DNA from: Elusimicrobiota bacterium | Lineage (GTDB): Bacteria; Elusimicrobiota; Elusimicrobia; UBA1565 | DNA: 14,769 nucleotides | NCBI GenBank assembly: GCA_043819795.1 | Contig: JBDREN010000060.1 | Span: forward strand, 1 to 14,769 | Reading direction: 5' to 3' | Shown: positions 14,128-14,769 of the stretch, one piece after another | How positions within the stretch are numbered: position 1 is the stretch's first letter | How the letters are laid out: every line of letters begins with the position of its first letter | The notes under the pieces: generated by a model | Databases searched by the model: none | The model's input: only the letters and a program-made list of their open reading frames with translations | Told to the model about the DNA's origin: nothing | Translations under genes and position numbers: made by a program

Positions 14128-14769
14128 TCCCGCTAAGCTTCTTCCTGTCCGGCGGCGCCGCCCTCGTCTACGAGGTCGTGTGGGTGCGAGTGGTCTCGCT
14201 CTTCTGCGGCCACACCGCGCTCGCCGCCTCCGCGGTCCTCGCCGCCTACATGGCCGGCCTCGCGCTCGGCGGCGGGCTCGGAGGCCGAAAGGCCGACCGC
14301 CTGGCGCCCGGCCGGCTCCTGGCGCTTTACGCGCTCCTCGAGCTCGGGATCGCGCTGACCGGAAGCCTGTCGAAGCCCGCGCTGGAAGCGGTCGGCGGAG
14401 CCGCGCTCCGGCTCGGGCTGAGCGCGCTTCCCCCCGCGTTTCAGTCCGCCGCGTGCTTCGCGCTCTCGCTGGCGGTCCTGCTGATCCCGACGACGCTGAT
14501 GGGCGCCACCCTGCCCGTCCTGACCAGATGGAAGAGCCTGACGTCCCCCGGCGGCGCTGAAAGCGCGCCGGACAGGCCGGTGGCCCTTCTGTACGGGCTG
14601 AACACGCTCGGAGCAGTGCTGGGCGCGGCGGCGGCGGGCTTCTGGCTCCTGCCGGAGCTCGGGACGACGGCCTGCCTGCTGTGCGCCGCGGCCCTCAACG
14701 CCGGCTGCGCCGGGATCGCGCTCCTGGCGTGGCGCCGGCGTTCCGGCCGGAAGGCGCCCGGCGCGGCGT
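14124..14769 (+). CDS. Multi-TM membrane protein resembling the N-terminal domain of fused MFS/spermidine synthase proteins (runs off the right edge)
   Basis: Not in the ORF track. TTG start overlaps the namZ TGA. Translation MIPLSFFLSGGAALVYEVVWVRVVSLFCGHTALAASAVLAAYMAGLALGG...LIPTTLMGATLPVL...LYGLNTLGAVLGA has the family's typical motifs; no stop before the window end. Confidence 0.85.
   Translation, partial: MIPLSFFLSGGAALVYEVVWVRVVSLFCGHTALAASAVLAAYMAGLALGGGLGGRKADRLAPGRLLALYALLELGIALTGSLSKPALEAVGGAALRLGLSALPPAFQSAACFALSLAVLLIPTTLMGATLPVLTRWKSLTSPGGAESAPDRPVALLYGLNTLGAVLGAAAAGFWLLPELGTTACLLCAAALNAGCAGIALLAWRRRSGRKAPGAA

Overview
GC-rich bacterial chromosomal window. The gene style suggests Elusimicrobiota, but that is an unverified impression. 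The minus strand carries nagZ, smc, a metallophosphoesterase, TadG-like and TadE-like pseudopilins, an atypical FtsH paralogue, and two Gly-rich hypothetical membrane proteins (the last runs off the left edge). The plus strand, divergent from nagZ, carries mltA, namZ (DUF1343) and a truncated fused MFS/spermidine-synthase-type membrane protein. Main observations: (1) two Tad pseudopilins sit directly upstream of an FtsH-family protease that lacks the periplasmic domain. (2) A roughly 200-nt hairpin-dense, repeat-like segment lies in frame within the cleavable prepilin leader of the TadE-like gene. (3) A perfect 14-nt anti-RBS/anti-start sequence lies inside the leftmost CDS. (4) SMC has a degenerate hinge motif and a 123-aa acidic, Ser-rich tail, and is followed 3 nt later by a phosphoesterase. 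(5) NagZ, MltA and NamZ form an apparently exported peptidoglycan-degrading set, with divergent and probably leaderless promoters. No rRNA, tRNA, CRISPR array or transposase was seen.
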